NCBI GenBank assembly: GCA_035084275.1
Contig: CM068746.1
Location: 15,934,001-15,998,000, forward strand
Direction of reading: 5' to 3'
Length of the DNA stretch: 64,000 nucleotides
Source: Hydrolagus colliei
Taxonomy: Eukaryota
The position numbers were made by a program, and so were the translations under genes. The notes beneath the pieces are model-generated. The model made no database searches. It worked only from the letters and a program-made list of their open reading frames with translations, and was not told the DNA's origin. Shown here one piece after another: positions 58,545 through 64,000 of this stretch. Positions within the stretch are counted from its first letter, which is position 1. Every line of letters starts with the position of its first letter.

Positions 58545-59457
58545 TCACCTGCCCAATAGGTATGCTAAACCCCTACCAACCTGTCCACTCCTTCCCCTTT
58601 TGGGTTCCAGCCCGCTCCATGTCCCCTGACCCACCCGCCATCACCATTGGCAGGCGAGCCTTCAGTCACCCTGCCCCCAACCTCTGGAATTCCAGCCCGC
58701 AATCCCTCCATCTCTAGCCTCCATCAAATCCCTCCTCAAGACTCTCCTCTTCGACGGTGCCATTGGTCACCCCTCCTTCTCTCCCTTCCCTCCACCCTCG
58801 CCGATCCTGACCTCAGATCGGGTCTGAAACACCAACTGTCCAGGGCCTCGGGACGTGAAAGGTGCTACACAAGTGTAATTTTGTTGTTTTCTCCCATAAA
58901 CACCCAATTCAATCACATCCAAGCAATGACTCGCTCTGTCTTTCCTCACTTCCACAGGCTGCAGATAATCCAGAAGTCTGCGGTCCGTGTCCTCTACTGT
59001 TCCAAACACCGTGACCCCATCTCCCCCATCCTTGCCCGACTCCATTGGCTCCCCATCATCCAGATCCAATTCAAGATCCTGGTCCCCACATTTAAAGCCC
59101 TCCACAACCTCTCCCCACCCTACATCTGTGACTTCCTATCCCCTTACCAACCTGTCCGTCCCCTCCGTTCAGCAGGTTCTGGCCTTCTGCATGTCCCCCG
59201 ACCCACCCGCCCAACGATTGGCGGGCAAACCTTCAGTCACTCTACCCCCAACCTCTGGAACTCCATCCCAAAGTCCCCTCCCTGGCCTCCTTCAGGTCTT
59301 GCCTCACGACTCTCCTCTTTGATGGACCCATCGGCAACTCCTTCCCCCACCTCCCGTCTTCAGCTCGGGTCTGAAGCAGTAATTGTCCAGTGCCTTGGGA
59401 TGTCCTCCTGACGTGAAAGGCGCTATACAAATGTAATTGTGTTGTTGTTGTTGTTGA
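58545..59457 (+). mobile_element. Two tandem L2 3' fragments
   Basis: RLQIIQKSAVR...LARLHWLPI...FKIL; two L2 tails (~58850-58890 and 59390-59457). Confidence 0.88.
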
Positions 59458-62400
59458 CGCTCACAAATGAATTACCAAGGTGCTGTTCCCTCTGCACGTC
59501 CATTGCTCATCCCCTCTACTCCATCATTGGTAGTCATGCTTTCATCCACTACATCTGGAACTCCTTACTTACCTCAATCCCTCCATTTTGCCCTCTCCTT
59601 GTACATGGTCACCTCTGCTCTCTCCCCAGCTTGGGTTCAAGCTCTGCCACTGTTAAGCATTTCAAGACACTATCCAGCATGCAGGGTGTTGTATAAATGC
59701 AAGTTGTTTTTACGGCAAGGGTGGATGAAAAGGAGCAGATCATAGAACCATAGAAATTCATAGAAGCTTATGCCCTTTACAAAGGGCCTTTGTATAAATT
59801 ATAAAGCACACAATGAAAGACGGGAGGTTGAATCTGTGTCATCCTGTTATCACATATTATCTCTGAAGCTTAGTGTTGATGCTACCAAAGTGTTACCGAA
59901 AGTGCTCGGAAAAGTAGATATTTCTTTCCCTTTCTATGGGTTGGATACAACTACAACATTAACAGCAGCAACAAAATTGCATTTATAGAGCGCCTTTCAC
60001 GTCAGGAGAAAATCCCAAGGCTCTGTGTATAGTGAACAAACTTATGCTAACTCCCAACTGAAACTTCGGATGTTAATTAATGATCATCATTCTAGTTTGT
60101 TTTCAAAATGACACTACTAATAATATTCCTTGCATTTGATATAGCGCCTTATCATGTCTTTGAGATATCTCAAAGTGCTTCACCGAATACACTGTAAAGT
60201 GAATATAGTATGGCTGCATGGATGGCATCAATCATCAAATGCTTTTTTATTGATCAATATGTTCAAATAGATTTGTAGAGAAACGTCCCTTCTTCTTCAG
60301 AAGTTCCCCTCCTTTCAACGAAGGACAGATTAGCTAATTTCACGTTGAGAGAGAGTCTAAATCTCATTGGCTGTCGAGATCTGGATTGGAATTGAGTTTG
60401 TACCATTGTGAATGCAACATTCAGGTGCTGTTTGCTTATAAAATACACAGTCACTACACGTCTCAGTAAATCCTGTTCTCTGGGTGTAAAAGAAGCTAAT
60501 CAAAATATAAGGACAATTATTATTTGTGATCCATGTAATGTTTCAGAAATTGTATTAATGGAATAAGGTGTAAAATTAACAAAAGCTGGAGATTCTATAG
60601 TAAGTTATATGCCCCTTGGCTCTGCCTGTCCATCGGGGAAGCTGTGAAGCATACATAGAGGCCCCAAACTAACTTGGCCTATGTACATACTCATTGACTT
60701 ATTGCATCTGGTTTGGAAGTGAAAACTTCGTAAGCACCAATTTTGTTGGATTTGGCTACAGCTTCGTACTCTCAATGGGTTAGGGTGTCAAATTCAAATT
60801 CCATGCTCTGTGTGCACCTGGAATACTCACAGTTCAATGGATGGTATCATTTGGAATTTAAATGCAAAACTTAAGTTTTCCTTGAGGATGTTCTTTGGTT
60901 AAGTGAATAGGAAAAGGAACATAGTTCCAACCTCAGTAATATGGGGAGGGGAAAAAAAATGGAAAAAAGGGTGAACAGTGTCATTTTCTTTTCATTTTGC
61001 AATGAGAAGAGGCCAAATGAAACCCATTTATGAAGAGTTATGTTATTCCATAGGCTCTCCGTTCAGTTCCTGCTGCTGGTATTGAAATATCATATATCAT
61101 ATGGAAGCTATTAATCCTTCACCACCATCAGTGTACATGACCTATGGAATATCTCACACTGTGGGCGACCACATCATCAGCTACTTACAATGCTACAACG
61201 CTAACAAAGCTTGACACTTCGTCTTACTGTGAAAACAACCTTGTGTTTAACACATTTGAATTTGCTGACTAGACAAAGCTATGTTTTTTATATTTATGAA
61301 AGAACGATGGGTTCTTCCCAATGGGCAGTAATGGTACTTGTGAGATTTACAGAGAAATGACCTGGTGTCTCTGCAAATACCTTGCTGTAATTTATTAGGT
61401 GAAATTCATGATAGGTATTTTTTCAAATTTTCTTAGGATTATTGACTCCTATTTATTGAGGTCACCCTAAGTGTTATGTGGTTGCCAGGTATGGCTCTGT
61501 CTCCTTTCCTGCACATAGGGAACACGTTTTTTTTCATGGTTTGCCAGTATCTCTTCAGTTTTGAACAATTCTCTTAAAATGTTTGTCTTTCTGTCTGTCT
61601 GTCTGACATTAATTGCAATTTTGCCCCTTGTCTCTTTAAGTGCTGTAGGTATGTCAACCATCCCAGGGAATTTGTTGTTTTCAGCCTTTCAGGCTGTTTA
61701 GAACTTTTGTTTCACAAATGTCAAAGTCCCAAAGCTTACATAACATGCATTGGATGTTGAATAGAATATTATTGGTGTCTTCCCTGGCAAAATCTTCAAG
61801 AAGTAGTCATTTAATATGTTTACCATCTCCTGGTTGTCCTCCTTTTCAACTCCCTTTGGGTTCCCTCAGGGTTTTAACTTCCTCCTTGAATATTTATTCC
61901 AGTTCCACTGCTAACAATCCGTCATTGTTTCTCTTGTGAAACAAACAAGTCTGTGGGAGTTGCTGAACGTATTGCATTGTGTGCGAGAGAGAGACATTCA
62001 TGTATAACTTTGTCACATTCAGAAACCTTGGATTTAAAAATTCAAAACAAGATTTGTGATCACAGTGCTGATAATAATAATACTAATAATAATACTAATA
62101 GTATTCACTGCATTTTATACAGCGCCTTATCACGTCATTGAGGTGTTTGAAGACAGGTCACAGGATATACCGTAAAGAGAATTGATTGTCTATTGTGTGG
62201 GTGAAATGCCGCAGCCAGTTGCACACAGTGGTGTCCCATGTGCAGTCGTAGATTGAGTGATTGAAGTATTACTATTTTAATTTCTTTTGGAAGCGATTAT
62301 TACCCCTGGAAAGCCTCCCGCCAATCGACCAACAACCAGGTTCCCATTACTGCTAGCTAGACAGTGGAGAAAGTGAATCAAAGCCTTTCTCCATGTGTTG

Positions 62401-62528
62401 AAAAATTAAGTAATGCATTGATGTCAGCTTGGTCTTGCATAAGCGACAACTTGGAAAAATTCTTCCTCAACATTAAAAAAAACAGTGTATGCTGGAACAT
62501 GGACCTGAATATCTTAGTAACGTACATA

Positions 62529-62849
62529 GTGGAGCTCCTGTAGCTCAGTGGTTAGAGCACTTGGTTACAAGCGTGAGACCTGTGTTCGAATCCAGTAGAC
62601 CAGGGCGAAATCTTGGGCAAGTTTCCTTACTCCACATGCCTAATAATAATCCCTCCCTCAAAAAAACACAATAATAAAAATTGGTCATTTTCAATCCACG
62701 ACTGTTTGTGGGACACTGCTGTGCACAATTGGCTGTCACGTTTCACCCACAAATATACAGTCAATTCATTTTACGGTATATTCTGTGAAGCGCTTTGAGA
62801 TGTTGATAAGATGTGAAAAGTGCTATATCAAATGCAAGGATTATTATTA
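62529..62849 (+). mobile_element. tRNA-headed Deu-type SINE, full length (partial copies also at ~1330, 3190, 15350, 31050, 34500, 43030, 48685, 50120, 50920, 51300, 57790, 58190, 60120, 62090)
   Basis: gtggagctcctgtagctcagtggttagagc...gttcgaatcc...core...aatgcaaggattattatt. Confidence 0.9.
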
Positions 62850-64000
62850 ATATTATAGGAACATAGGAACAGAAGTAGGCCATTTAGCCTCTTGAGCCTG
62901 TTCCACCAATATCAAGCAATGTTTCTCACAATCTACTACTGTTATAGTTCCACTGCTCTCATTTAACTTTGCCAATTAATCTTGTGGCTTTAGTGAAAGA
63001 CCTATTTGGATGAAGTCATCAGTATCACAGTTAATTTTTCATTGTATTGTGCTGTTAGTCACAATGTCACATATAAATTGACTTTGAAATAGTACTTGAG
63101 TTCCACATGTGGTTCAACGTGATTTGGTGTGAATTCGGAGTGATTTAAACAATAACAAAATTATTGTCCTTACATTTCATGCAATATTTCTCAAACTGGG
63201 CAAATGTCACAAAGCACTTCACAGGATTACTGTAAAGTGGCGTAAACAAATGGTGTTATTTTTGTGTTTCAAGGGCGGTTTGATGCAGTATGTTGACATG
63301 TTATGTGATTTGATGTGATATGATACATATGGTTTAAACGTCTTGCAATCCCTAAATCTCTTATTGTTTTCTAAGAATTTTTTGTACAGTATAAAATGTG
63401 ATTTTATTAAATTCGGTCCATTTGATTTTATCCTTTCAGAGAACATGCCCATCTGTCTTCCCATTAAAGCATTAAGCTTTTCGTAAATTAATCTACTGTT
63501 CATTGCCTTTATTATCATTTCTGGTAACAGTTTGCATTGTGTAAAAAAAAAGTTTGTGTCTTCGAAAAGTGCCCTTCACAGTCACTAACCCATGTTGTCT
63601 AGTCTTGTTTCTTTGAAGTACTCAATTTGATAGTATAGTTATTACATTAAATTTTTTATCCCATTTAAAGCCTTATATATACTGTGAGAAAAAACTGAGC
63701 TGTGTGAAAACAGCAGTGCCAAGTGAGTATTATATGAAATACTATCATTACCAGGCTGCATGGACAGCTTCTGCAATTCCGCACAAGTTCATAGGAACAT
63801 GCTTTGCGTATTTAAAGTTTAACTAAAACATACAAATTAAGTCTGCTCAGCAACTCATGTCAAGCAATATTTCATTCGCATAAAACAATACAGTATGATG
63901 CACAGTTTCCACCTTGTGGCTAAAGCAGGAATTACAGTTATAACAGGAGCAACAGGATTCATTGGCCTAAGAAAATATAGGAAATGTAAATAAATACATG

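Overview
Vertebrate genomic DNA, most likely a cartilaginous fish and probably a holocephalan/chimaera (inferred from the repeat families and protein divergence, not proven). It contains the conserved NUP37-PARPBP-PMCH-IGF1 gene block. The first three coding exons of NUP37 (- strand, gene runs off the left edge) share a CpG-rich bidirectional promoter with a complete PARPBP/PARI gene (+, 10 coding exons, 593 aa). A complete pro-MCH gene (-, 3 exons, 170 aa) converges on PARPBP and probably overlaps its 3' end. A complete IGF1 gene follows (-, 4 core coding exons, 148 aa). All exons were assembled by hand from GT-AG sites with consistent phases; homology calls rely on my recollection of the human proteins. 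Introns and intergenic DNA are dense in tRNA-headed Deu-type SINEs, L2 and CR1 fragments, Tc1/mariner and hAT MITEs and Penelope-like termini; repeat boundaries are approximate. The most notable observations are: (i) MCH ends two residues early, with the ancestral stop still visible two codons downstream, and the NEI-like peptide lacks its amidation glycine; (ii) pro-IGF1 has lost two key arginines of the E-peptide cleavage motif; (iii) IGF1 has a candidate 35-nt frameshifting cassette exon and a candidate second leader exon, at the positions of mammalian exons 5 and 2; (iv) a near-intact minimal hammerhead-ribozyme motif lies in sense orientation in an IGF1 intron; (v) a three-level nested insertion (CR1 inside a hAT MITE inside a SINE). 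No CRISPR array, rRNA or genuine tRNA gene was found.
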